Assembly: GCA_951406725.2 (NCBI GenBank)
Contig: OX597833.1
Span: 6,386,001 to 6,450,000, forward strand
Reading direction: 5' to 3'
From: Octopus vulgaris
Lineage: Eukaryota
DNA length: 64,000 nucleotides
The position numbers and the translations under genes were made by a program. Positions 13,291 through 26,454 of this stretch are shown in pieces. The number at the start of each line of letters is the position of its first letter. Positions within the stretch are counted from its first letter, which is position 1. Under the pieces are notes generated by a model. The model did no database searches. It was not told where the DNA came from and saw only the letters and a list, made by a program, of their open reading frames with translations.

Positions 13291-14191
13291 ATATATATTT
13301 GATTTGTATTTGTATTTTAGAAAGTTTCTGCTCTCCGTCCTAAAAACCAAATTTAGATTTGGTGTGGAATGAGAAGAACATGTGACAAAGCTGCTATGCA
13401 TATGTCTGGAGGAGGAAGACAACATGGTGGGAGTAATGAGTGTCTTGTTTAAGAGAGGAGAGCACAGCAAAGATTTGCCCACTTGAAACCATCTCCTGTT
13501 GTCAGCAACATCCACAATGGCTGTCTTCAATATTAATCTCACATCCTTGTTGAATCATCTGACTTTATTCATGGATTAGAATCTCTCTCACCCTCCCAAT
13601 CTATGATTTAATGCCTCATCTCTTTTTTTTTAAAATTTGTTTATGGATGTTGTTTGTATGGTTTCTTTTAATACTTTATCCCCCCACCCTGTCATTTTTT
13701 TGAGCAATCTGCTCTTCCTTTTAATTCATTTGTTTGGCATTTTTTTCATTCTAGCAATGGGTTGGATGAATACTTGCCACAGAAATGTTTTACGACCAGA
13801 TGCCCTTCCTATCACTAACCTTTACTCGCTTTTAATATCCTGGTTTTCTTTTTTATTCATCGTCTTTCAAAACAGAACTTCAAGATGATTTGTTAAGAGG
13901 AAATACCGACTTAATGTGCTTTGTTTCTGCAAACGAGTGACCCTGTTGAAGATCGGTTTCCCATTCAGGGGAAGTGTGTTCTCAGTCAATAATTATATGC
14001 CGCAGAAACTGGGTAACCAACCCTATATGTCCTAGGATTCAAGGCTGTATTCCCTAGAGGTTAATAATAATAATAATAATGATGATGATGAATTCTATTC
14101 ACAGGGCATCAGTTGGCTTGAAGTTCCAGTAGAAGACATTTCCCCAGGCTACTATGCAGGGAAATAGAACTCAAAACCGGGTAGTTCTACC

Positions 14192-14228
<37 letters not shown>

Positions 14229-15015
14229 AATGCCTGAAATCTATGCACTTGGTTCACCGATGGTTTATCATGTCCAGGCATGTCTCTTAATTCTATTCTA
14301 TTTTTATAAAGAACTCTGTCGGTACCTAAAGAGAGGAATGTAACCCATTATATAAGTCTTCTATTTCAGATGTTTCTCTATTGATGAATTTATCTAAAAA
14401 TAATCTCTGACTCCTTTGTTAGTCAGTTCTTTGGTTCTGCTTTTCATGTCTAATTGGCACTGATTTTGGTATTGACTGAAGTTGTTTGGAAACAAAAAAT
14501 GCCAGGTTTACAAAGATTCTATTGATTGAAAAGACTTGTCTGGAAAGAGTTGTTTCTTTTTGCAAATGACAGATTTTTGCTTTCTTTTCAATGTTTGTTC
14601 TCATAGCAAACTACAAACTAACCAGTCTGGTGACTAAGATAAGGACAACAAGGAGGAGCTGTATACCGTAGCTGTAGTAACGTTACATGTTTCTGTATTT
14701 TTGGCATGAATGCATCAAGCCAGCAGAATGGTTAGCACGTCGGAGAAAATGCTTGGCGACATTTTTTTCTGGCCTCACTTTCTGAGTTCAAATTCTGCCG
14801 AGATTGACCCTTGCCTTTCATCCTTTCAGAGTTGATAAAATAAATACCAGATAAGCATTGGGGGGTCAATGCTGTTGCTGGCCATGTGCCATTGAAACCA
14901 TTATGTATTGCGATGTGTTTTACTTCTAAAGCTAATTGTTGGCACATTTTAAAGCTGTCGTTATATTTTCTGGATATTTGTTCTGATGGTTTCTTTTCCC
15001 TGTGTCTTGTTTCAG

Positions 15016-15177
15016 AGGAACAAAGAGGAGTCGGCCTTGTCTCAGATTAAAGAAGTAACTGGAATTGATGACATCAAGGTGATAACAAAAGCAATCAGGG
15101 CATGTTGTAACAAAGATGGAAAATACAATATTGAAGATGTCGTTACCATGCTTGTTCAAGACAGCTCAGAATACAAT
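15016..15177 (+). CDS. USP25: USP25/28 exon 1 in window (UBA-like: [19 protein letters not shown]...SEYN)
   Basis: ttgtttcag acceptor, gtaatt donor, 162 nt, phase 0/0. Confidence 0.88.
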
Positions 15178-18100
15178 GTAATTATTTCAGATATCTATCT
15201 AAAGCATAGTTAAACTTTGTAAAGATACCTGATGCCTAGGCTCTGAATAACGACATTGTTTTCCTATCCCATCTATTTGTTCTAGTCACCAGACCTTAAT
15301 TCTTTGTTTTCTTTCAAGAAATTGTTTTTATAAATATTTTTCATTTTCTTACCTTGTGCCAATGTAGCTTGTAAAATGGAATATTTTAAACACTAAAAAA
15401 AAAAAAGCAACTATTTTTAACAGCTGAATTCCCTTCATAAAGTACACTTTTGTACTGTAACCCTTACTGTAGTCCCTTGCCCCCGTTAAGGCCCAAACAT
15501 TCTAGCAGACCCTAACGCTGAGACTTGATTGAAGGAATATACCTCTTTCCTTATTTATTACAATTAAACTACAGAGCCTCTACAATGTTGCTCAGCCTGC
15601 TAGAAATAAAAGCTAAATCTACCTCATATCACACCATGCTGTTTCGATTAAGGGACCCACTGGATAATGTAGCAGAAGGTGACATCCTAAGAAGATGTGG
15701 GGGGTTTGTTTGTCTTGGCTAACCCCAACAATAAGGTAAAGTACCATCTTAAAAGCCTCTCGGCCAATATTTCTGAGCCAGGCTGATGCAGATTCACTCA
15801 ACAATACAAGAGGGATTCTCTGTGTGGTTTGACTACCTAGAAATAGTAGTCCAAATCTCCTAAATCTCACATTTGATAGTGTTGTCCTCATTACCTTTGT
15901 TTGTAGGTCCACTCCGTCTGTTCACTTGGGATTAAGCAACAACCTGAAAATACCCGTAAATTAATCTGTTTCTTCTGTTTTTGCTGCCAGGTCTCCAACA
16001 ATCCTTCTCAAGATCTACCCCAAACCCATTGTAATACTCCATGTGATGCCAAGGAAAATCAGAAAGGTGAACAACTCTTAAATTACATGTTGTTTTCAAT
16101 GAGACATTTGTCTTTGTAATGTATCTAACATATCTGTCTTCTCTTCTAGCAGAATTCAGAATTGAAATTGTTTTGTCACAGTTTAGAGAATATTGTGTGT
16201 GTGTTTGTCTGTCTGTGTGTCTTTCATTAAATATATTTTACAATGTTAAAAGGCAGCAAGCTGGCAGAATCGTTAGCACGCCAGGCGAAATGCATAGCCG
16301 TATTTCGTCTGCCGTTACATTCTGAGTTCGAATTCTGCCGAGGTCAACTTTGCCTTTCATCCTTTCGGGGTCGATAAATTAAGTACCAGTTACGCACTGG
16401 GGTCGATGTAATTGACTTAATCCATTTGTCTGTCCTTGTTTGTCCCCTCTATGTTTAGCCCCTTGTGGGCAATAAAGAAACATATATTTCACACTGTTAA
16501 CATATTTAAGCCATAGTCTGTGATAAATGCTTGGTGGCAGTATCTAAATGTATGATTATTCTGTGACCTGGAGAAGAGCTTATAGTTGGTGGTACAGCTC
16601 TTTTCTCTCAGCTCATATTCTTCTCTCTTTTGCTCTCAGTTGTAGAGGGAACCAGTTATGTACCAGCTATGTTAATTTGTGTCACTCATTTCTACTTATT
16701 TCATCATTTCAATTATATCTTGTTCCAAATACTTCAGCAAAATATTTTGGAATTCCATCCCTGCCAATATTTTCTCCACAGACATGAGCCTGCAGAAATA
16801 TAAGCATGCTGTTGTCAGTTTAAGTATTGATACTTATGATCAGTCCTTCAACTCTACTTTTCTAAGCAGAGACCACACTATACATCAGTCTACCAGACTA
16901 AACAAAAAAAAAAACGTTCAGCAGAGTACTAGAACACTTTTATCTGTAATTAATATTTGTCATAATTATTTGATGATAATTGCTAATTATGTAACTTTTC
17001 CATTGTATGTTAAACTGTTGGTAGACTGGGGAATAGTGAATATATTTTTAACTTCATAATGGACAGTATCTACAAAGTAGGACAGCTAGAAAATTATATA
17101 ATAGTCATAATCATCATCATCATTATTTAGCATCTATTTTCCATTCTGGCGTGGGTTGGATAGGTTGACAGGAGCTGACAAGCTAGAGAGCTGCACCAGG
17201 CTTTGTCTGTCTTGGTATGGTTTCTATTGCCAGATGCCCTTCTTAGTGTCGACCACTTTGCTGAGGGTACTGGGAGTGGTTGGCATTAAGAAATATTTAA
17301 ATCTAGTTTTTTAATTAAGTTACACATTAATAGGTTAAATAGTGAGTTTTAATTTATGATCTTTTCAGGTGAGCTGTCCTATAAAAATGTCTGGGATGAC
17401 TGGTGGCTGTGTGCCATCTGGGGAGCTATGTGGTACTCCACATTGAGGTTTCAATTTGAGAGAGTATTTATCTGGTCAGGGATGAAATATTTATTTCTTC
17501 AAAGGAAAAGAGCTGCGAGATGGTGATCTAGAATTTGGTATAAAGGAGATATTTTAAAATTAAGTGGGACGTAGTCAGTCCACCTGTGCATACCCTCCTT
17601 CTTGGGACACATAACTCTACTTGTGAAAATCAAATCAAATCAAAATCGATGAACATCAATGGAATTTGGCACATAACAAACACCATCCGATCGTGGCCGT
17701 GCCAGCCTCGCCTGGCCTCCGTGCCGGTGGCACGTAAAAAACACCATCCAAGCGTGGCCGTTCACTAGCCTCGCCTGGCACCTGTGTCGGTGGCGCATAA
17801 AAAGCACCCACTACACTCATGGAGTGGTTGGCGTTAGGAAGGGCATCCAGCTGTAGAAACACTGCCAGATCTGACTGGCCTGGTGCAGCCTTCGGGCTTC
17901 CCAGACCCCAGTTGAACCGTCCAACCCATGCTAGCATGGAAGGCGGACGTTAAATGATGATGATGGTTTATTAGGGAGTGACATGTGGTTCTTGGAATAA
18001 ATACTTTTGTTTTGTGTGTGTTTGTATGCCCTTTTTATTTTTATTGTATTGCTGTTCCTTTTGTGCTTGTTATGGGTTTCTGAGGACCTAAATATTTCTA

Positions 18101-21070
18101 GTTATAGATCTAACTAATGATAAGCAACAGCAACAACAACAACAACAACAACAGCAGCAACAGCAACAACAACAGCCTCAGGCTGCTGCAGATGGTTACG
18201 AGACTGAAGAGATTCGGAAAGCAATTGCTGCAAGCTTGCAAGATTCCACTGGAATGTTGGGTGGTCAAGTTACTCGCGAAGAACAGGACATCAGCCGGTA
18301 AAAATATTTTAAAGCTTTTTCCTTCTTCTTCTTCACTTAGATCATTGTTTCCTGAGGCCAGTTTATCTTGTGACCTTGAGGTTTTGACATAATTGAGTTA
18401 GGTTGTAGCAATGACAAACATCTGAAGCTGTTGTGGAGCAGGTTTTATTGATACATCTTTCTTCTGAAATTGTTAATCAGAGTTGCAAAATGGTGAGGTC
18501 AGCAACCTGTCTGAAATGAAAGTGTTACTGAAGTCTGATGTTGATCTTAATAACTTTTTCCTGAAACCAGTGATATAACTATAAAATATGGTGCATCTTC
18601 AATCCATCACCGCTACTACCTTTGTCTGGTTCTTGGCTACCTTTAATGACGGTCGCTCTTACAAGTCTTATGAGTCATTAATCTAACACCAACACTACCA
18701 CTATGTCCTTCGTTAATGACTTTCACTCTGTTGCAAACTTTAGGACCAGGCATCCATGTTGAAGATGCTAACATCTTCTCTGTGTTCTCTTGCTTGTCTT
18801 GGAGATCCTGTAAAAAGTTCATGAGCAATACTTTACCTCCTCTGACTTTGTCTATATGCTTGAATTTTGGTATTTTCATATGGCTTTGGTAATGTCTTTC
18901 TGGGACAAAAAAAAAATGGATTTTTAATGACAAAAATACTAATTGAACCAGTATATCTGTTTTATTTCACTGTGTGAATGTGTAGACTTTCTACTATATC
19001 TTTTTTTTTCCATCGAATTTCTCAGAGTTCTTGAAGCCAGTTTAGCAGAAAGCAAATCTGGAACCAAGCGGAAACGGAGTGATCTTTGGTTTGTTGACCC
19101 TTTGAATCCTCATTTACGTGAACGGGAGAACTGGTGTCCTGTAGGACTAAAGAATGTTGGTAATACATGCTGGTTTAGTGCTTTGATACAGGTAAGAACT
19201 GCTAGTATATTGCTACGAATTAGTGTTGACCATAGGTCAGTACAGAGAGAGAGAGAGTTAGTTAAAGAGTTAACAATCAATACATGCATGGCTTTGTGCT
19301 TGAAAATACATTATTTTCTAAGGCGGCGAGCTGGCAGAATCGTTAGCACGTCGGGTGAAATGCTTAGCGGTATTTCGTCTGCCGCTACGTTCTGAGTTCA
19401 AATTCCGCCGAGGTCGACTTTGCCTTTCATCCTTTAGGGGTCGATAAAGTACCAGTTTCGCACTGGGGTCGTTGTAATCGACTTAATCCCTTTGTCTGTC
19501 CTTGTTTGTCCTCTCTATGTTTAGCCCCTTGTGGGCAATAAAGAAATATATTATTTTCTAGTAATTTAAACTCAACTCCTTGGATCCCTATTAGAGACGA
19601 TGTCTCCGTAGTTACCATCTTTAGTCACTAGTGTCCATTCAAGGTGACTATTAACTAGCATCAGCTCACTGTACAGCAAGAATAAAGCTGTATGACTTTA
19701 TAACAAATGTTTTAGATTGGTTCTGCTACTTCACAGTACAAACGAGTTTAGTTCTGGTTTAGAACATTTCGTCCCCCAATTTGTATACCAAATTAATATT
19801 TGAGGAAATAAAAGTAATGATTTTACTGCTAAAGTTTGGTTGGCAGAAATCCCTCTCTCATTAATTAAAAAAAAAAACGTTCAGCAGAGTACTAGAGCAC
19901 TTTTATCTGTAATTAATATTTGTCATAATTATTTGATAATTACTAATTATGTAACTTTCCCATTGTATGTTAAACTGATCCTCTGTTGGTAGACTGGGGA
20001 ATAGTGAATGTATTTTTTACTCCTTAATGCACAGTATCTACAAAATAGGACAGCTATAACCCTAACCCTGGAAGTGTTGTAGGGTTAGAGTCGTCAGGCA
20101 CCTCCTCCGTAAGGTCATATTAGAAAAAAAACTCTAATTAAACTTTGCTGCAGTATTTTTGTCTGACCAACTGGGTTTATGGATATTGTCCAACCATCTT
20201 GCTCGTGATGTACCCCCAGGTCTCCTGTTGGTTGGCATCGCTTGAAGAATCCGTCTTGCAATTTTCTCCTGCTGCATTCTTACCGTCCATAAAACTAGAT
20301 CTGTTATCTCTCAATGTAAATCAAATATGATAGAAAAAAATAAAAAGTTGATCATTGTACCTGTTGATGTGGTGTTTAGATTCTGTTGGCATCAACTTTA
20401 CATCTACCCATGGTTGATAAAGCAGATAGCAGTCATTTATTCAAGGTTGACTCAATTGAAAGATTCTCTGTTGTCTGTAAGCAGTTTGTTGTTGTTGTGG
20501 CTATTGCTTTAAAATATCTCCTTCATATTTCTTCTTTTCCAGTCCTTGTTCCATGTAAATCGCTTCAGACATTTGCTGATAAATTTTCAACCTCATCCAA
20601 GGTCAGAATTTAGTGCTTCCAATCCTGCAGTAAGTATTCTCTCACTTATGGCTAAAATGCTACAACTGCAAACACCAATATCCTTCCCATTGCTGTTGTG
20701 ATGGCTTTGTCTCTCCAGGAAGCAACATCTACAACAGTATTGTTCTAATGGTTAACCTAGTTTAATATGGGTCAGGTGGTTAATGCTAAAGCACTAAATA
20801 AATACAGAACTATGTATGCTGTTGTATGACTGACAGCAATGACAGTCAGGAAAGGATATTCAAACTCAGCTCTGTGAGCTCTCATTCTCAGCCCTCTTGC
20901 ACGGAAACGGTTTTATTCTTTCTTTGAAAGTGTAAGAGAAATATTTCAGTGTATGGTTCAAATGTTAGTATTACTTTTAACTTTAGTGAACAAACAACTT
21001 GCTGTGAAGTTTGCTTTGAAGTCTGGAACTATGTACAGCAATTTTGGAGACATTTGATACATTCATCAAT

Positions 21071-21107
<37 letters not shown>

Positions 21108-21423
21108 CAAGGACAAATTATAAAAAGGCATATAGATATATATATTTTATTAATTTTTCAAAATTTTCCATACACCCATTTTCATTAAAATTTACCTTCA
21201 ATTTAGCATTCTGCCTTTTTATAATTTTTCCTTGCCTATCATTTCTCCATGTGCAGTCAACACAACTTCACCATTTATTGTTTTATATATATATATATAT
21301 ATATAATCAAAATAAGCAACAAGGATTCTTGTTGCTTATTTTTATTTTAATCACCTTACTTTGAAATCATATGGTTAATACCATACTAAATTCTGGTGCC
21401 TCAACTTAAGTACCATATTCATC

Positions 21424-21464
<41 letters not shown>

Positions 21465-22975
21465 TACATTTCTAAATCTCTTTGAAATCATATGGTTAAT
21501 ACCATACTAAATTCTGGTGCCTCAACTTAAGTACCATATTCATCTGAATATATATATATATATATATATAAATAATACATTTCTAAATCTCTGAGATTTA
21601 TTCAGTAGCAGCATGATAAAGTGATGGTATGTTGTCAATCAAGTGTGACAGTCCCATGAAAGGGAAGAATGCTACTGCTATTTAGCCCTAGGAAGCACTG
21701 CTTCCTGTTGGCCTTGACACATTTCCTGTGTCCTTATGTTTTCAAAGGGGAGATAAGCACCTCCACCCAGCAAAGCCAGCAATCAGAGACTAGTTTCAGA
21801 GTCATTGCTCATCATCATATATATATATAGTATTCTACAAGAATAGAAATATACGAAAAATAGAAATTGAAAATGCACTGAGAATAGTTGAAATATTTTT
21901 TTATTAAAATACTTGAAGCTTTAACTGGTTTCACCCTTTACAATGACTTTCAAAAAGTTCAGATAGAAAGACATGGCTTATGTTGCAGCCATCTTGCTTC
22001 TGACTAATGTTTGAAGTTTCCCCTGTTTTTATAGGGAGTTCATGGCTCAAATTAGAATCTGTTTTGATTGGTAGAGGATAGTCACATGACTGGTCTTAGA
22101 AATTTTTGTATGTTGCTTGCTACATGTGTTAGTATCAAGTGGCAATGTTTAGTGTTGTAAGTTAAGACTGACACAGTTGACTGAACATGTCCAAACAAAC
22201 AATGCTCTGAAAGTTTTCTGTCAACACTTGGCAATCAATGCTCTGAAAACATTCAGAGCATTGTTTGATTGGACGTGTTCAGTCAACCGTGTCAGCCTTA
22301 ACTTAAGACACTAAACATTGCCACTTGATATTAACACAAGCATATAGCAAGACCAGTCATCTAACTATCCTCTTCCAATCAAATCCTATCCAAAACAGAT
22401 TCTAATTTGAGCCATGAACTTCCTATAAAAACAGGGCAGACTTCAAACTCTAGTCAGAAGCAAGACGGCTGCGACATAAGCCGCGTCTTTCTATTTGAAC
22501 TTTTTGAATCCGGTTAAAGCTTCAAATATTTTAACTATTCTCAGTGCATTTTCAATTTGTATTTTTCCTATATATATATATATATATAGGAATTCTTATA
22601 GCAGTTAGATACAACCATAGTTTGGTCAGTTAGTGGCTAGACTTCACAACCTCATATGTTCTTAAAATTTAAATCTACATCTTTGTCTGTATATCTACCT
22701 TCTCTGAAATGTTACTATTTGATTTGAAAGCTTTTGTAATATTGGAAAACCTATATAATTGGCTGATGAGCACTCAGCATCTTAAATCTGCTGTAATACT
22801 TACAACTTTTAATAAAATGTTGTAGTGCGAAACAATTGTACCAAATTACCGGAGTCATTCTTGTTGCTTATTTTTTATTATAATCACCCCGCAAATTTTT
22901 ATGGATAACACCATACAAAATTCTGGTGCATCTAAATTAAGTACCATATTCATTTGAATCTAAATTGTTGCTGAA

Positions 22976-23013
<38 letters not shown>

Positions 23014-26000
23014 CATATATTTGCGATAACGTGTGCATGCATTTGTGTGTGAGTTTGTATTTTATGAAAAACAAGGGAGCCCACAAAATAAATCTAGTTT
23101 TTCCTGGCGGCACATCAGGGGCTAACTTAGCAAATGAGGGATGGCTCTTTATATTAAAAGAAAAATTTAGGGATCTTCTCACTTTCATCGGCAGCTCGAG
23201 AAATTAATTTTTTGTAACTAAACACTTTCAAACTTCGGACACTGGTAGAATGTGTCATATAAAACACCTTTTACTCTTAGCGTTGTTGAGAAAAGTTTCT
23301 GTTTACGAAGTAATTTTTTGTTAGTTGTATTTCGGTGATTTCAACCAATCAATGAAATTACTGCTGTTTGTCAACAACAACTTCCAGCAGTGTATATTTC
23401 ATTTGTCAATGTGTTTTTTATGACATATTTCAACTTAATTACGTTTGTATGAATAAACGAGTGTATCTGAAGCACGTGTTTTTGTGATCATAAAGTATAT
23501 TTTTCTTGTAACTTGAGAAACCTTGATTATCTAAGTTTGTGAGTGAATATCATTTGTGTTGAAATCTGGCATAATTTTGTCTATTACAGGAAACTCGTAG
23601 TCTCCGATTTACTGAAGAACTAAGAAACCTTTTCTCTTTGATGATTGGTTCGTATCGAAAGTATGTGGACCCTTCCAAAGCAGTTGAGATTTTGAAAGAA
23701 GGCTTCAGATCTCACATGGGAGTGTCAGATAGTCAGCAAGTAAGTTTTTTTAATGTCTCATGAACTGAGTGTTTAACCTTTCAGGTGTGCGTGTGTATCT
23801 GGGTATCTATACACAGGTGTCACCACAGGTGTGCATATCTGCACATGCGCAGCTGTGTGTGCTTCATGTAAAGCATCCCTCACTAAGTGATCTGTAACAG
23901 GTAGATAATATGGCCTTACCTGCTGTTTATTGATGTCTGTTAGTCCATGTTGATGTGGGTTGGTCCAAGAATTATTGAAGCAGCATTTTATGGCCAGATG
24001 ACTTTCCTGTTGCCAACCCTTACTTGTTTCCCAAGTAAGGTATTTTAATTACACTGATCTTCACACGTTGAAGCTGACAAGCTACAAAATGTGTTCTTTT
24101 CAGGATTAAACAAGGCATCACCTTTTACTCAGGTGTCATGCTAAGACGTGCAGAAATATGCATACACACACACACACACACACACTTTGGTATGTTACTG
24201 ACAAGATTGTTTCCAAAAGTTGAACATTTTAATTTGATTTTTGCTCAAGCACATTATCTTACCAAAGGTAAGGAAATACAAGTAAAGCAGTTTCACTTTT
24301 TATTTCATCTTCTTTGCTCTTTTTAGGACGTTAGCGAGTTCCAAGGCAAGCTTCTTGAATGGCTTGAAGATGCTTTCAGAAACTCACCGTCCACGCTAAC
24401 AGAATCTTCTGGAAGTTTTTGTAGCAAGTAAGTTTTTCTTTTTCTTCTTTATCTTTAATTTTGTTTTCCTTTTTTTTTCTTCTTTTTTTTTTATATGAAA
24501 CGTTTGTCTTAAGAGACAAATACATAACTTAAATACATAACTAGTGCTCCAGATGAGGCAGGTGCATGGCCTTACCATCACGGTATTGAGCTCATTATCA
24601 TAAGGTTGTGCGTTTGGTTCCTTGTCTGGATTGGGTGTGAGGGCTGTGCGGGTGTCTGCCTGTTCTCAACTACACAGGCACCAAAATGTATTTAGCAAAC
24701 AGCCTTCCAGCTTGCCAGCTCCTCTCAAACTGTCCGACCCATGCCAGCACATAAAACGGATGTGCCACCAGCACAGGTGTCAGTGGCACATAAAAAGCAC
24801 CCACTACATTCACGGAGTGGTTGGCGTTACGAAGGGCATCCAGCCGTAGAAACATTGCCAGATCAGACTGGGCCTGGTGCAGCCTTCTGGCTTCCCAGAC
24901 CCCAGTTGAACCGTCCAACCCATGCTAGCATGGAAAGCGGACGCTAAACGAGGATGATGATGATGATGATGATAGTACAAGCTGCCAGGTTTTGCTTACT
25001 CGTGAGTGATAACCAAAGTTTTATTTCTCTGTTGAGACTCTGGATTTTGACATTTGTGGTGAAGGTGAGTTTCCCTGAATGCACAATTTCTTTATCGTCC
25101 TTACTGGGTCTATTAAAAAAAATCAAAAAAAAAAAATCAATCCATGGCTGCTGGTCATTTGGAACTGGAACAGCATTGGATCAGATACTTTGCAGTATTT
25201 ATTCCAGCTGTTAGTGTTCTGAGTTCAAATCCTGCTGTGACTGACTTGGATCATAGATTTCATCCATTACCTTGTCTAACAGCCCTACCTGGCACTTTGG
25301 ATATCTTTATAAGAAGCATTTGGGCTAGATTTGCGGTTTGTCAATACCTTCCTTCCTCCTGCCAGTTATGGAGGTTGTGGATTGTCTTTTGGGGCAGTTT
25401 TTTGTTGTTAACCCCTTCGTTACTGTATTTATTTTGACATGCTCTGTGCTTCTTTCAATTACTTTTAAATATAACAAAGAATTTAGAAAAATAACTTAGC
25501 TATCATTAACCCTTTAGTGTTCAGATTATTCTGTCAAATGCGAGGCTTATTTATTCACATTGATATGAATTAGTCATGCATTATCTTGTAGTTTATAGAT
25601 TTCAGTGATGTGATTTTTTTAGTTTTAGAATGACATGGTAGGGCTGAGGTGAGAGGCAAGATCTGGTCAGTTTCAATATAAAACAGGTTAAATATTTTGG
25701 CCGGTTTGAATGCTAAAGGGTTAAGCTTGTGTTAGGAACATGAATTGTGACTAAGGTGTGGTGGAAGATTTTAGTTCAGGACTTTTGAAAAAGAGTCATT
25801 TGTACTCAGAGCCAGAGCCGGTTTCAGCCAGGTTGGTAATGAAAGGGTTAAAGACATTGGGGAACCCACTTGGAACCCAATCTAAACCGTAGCTATTCCA
25901 AGTGACTCTATTTTCTTACTGGTGTATAGGGATTGTTAATGCTATAAATTAGACTTGCTTTGTTAACAAAATTTCCTTTTAAAAATTATTTGCCATGTTT

Positions 26001-26417
26001 GAAAGTAATTTATCTGATAATTATGTCAGTGTTTGTGAATTTGCAAACCTGGTGCTTGCCTATTCTGATTCTTTTAACTGAACATACTACGACTGTGTCT
26101 GAATTTATTAATAACTATTGGTTTTTTGTTCCCTTGCAGAGATCCAAAAGAACAAACAAACCCTATGATTGAATTATTTTATGGGGGTTACACTGAAATT
26201 GGCAATAACAAAGGTATGTTTGCTGGTTTCTTTACAATTGTTGTTGTTGTTCATCTTTTTTGGCTGACCAGTTTGATGTTGTTCCTGAAGTTCAGTTCTG
26301 GGAAGGAGGAGGAGGACATGAAGGGGTCAAACATAAAGCATTTTAAAGAAAAGGCTTTATGTCAGATCTATCCTTTTTGACCTTGTATATATATATGTGT
26401 GTGTGTGTGTGTGTATG

Positions 26418-26454
<37 letters not shown>

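Noticed and set aside
20056-20090. taaccctaaccct...agggttag telomere-like words
   Set aside because: Only about two units; too short to call an interstitial telomere.
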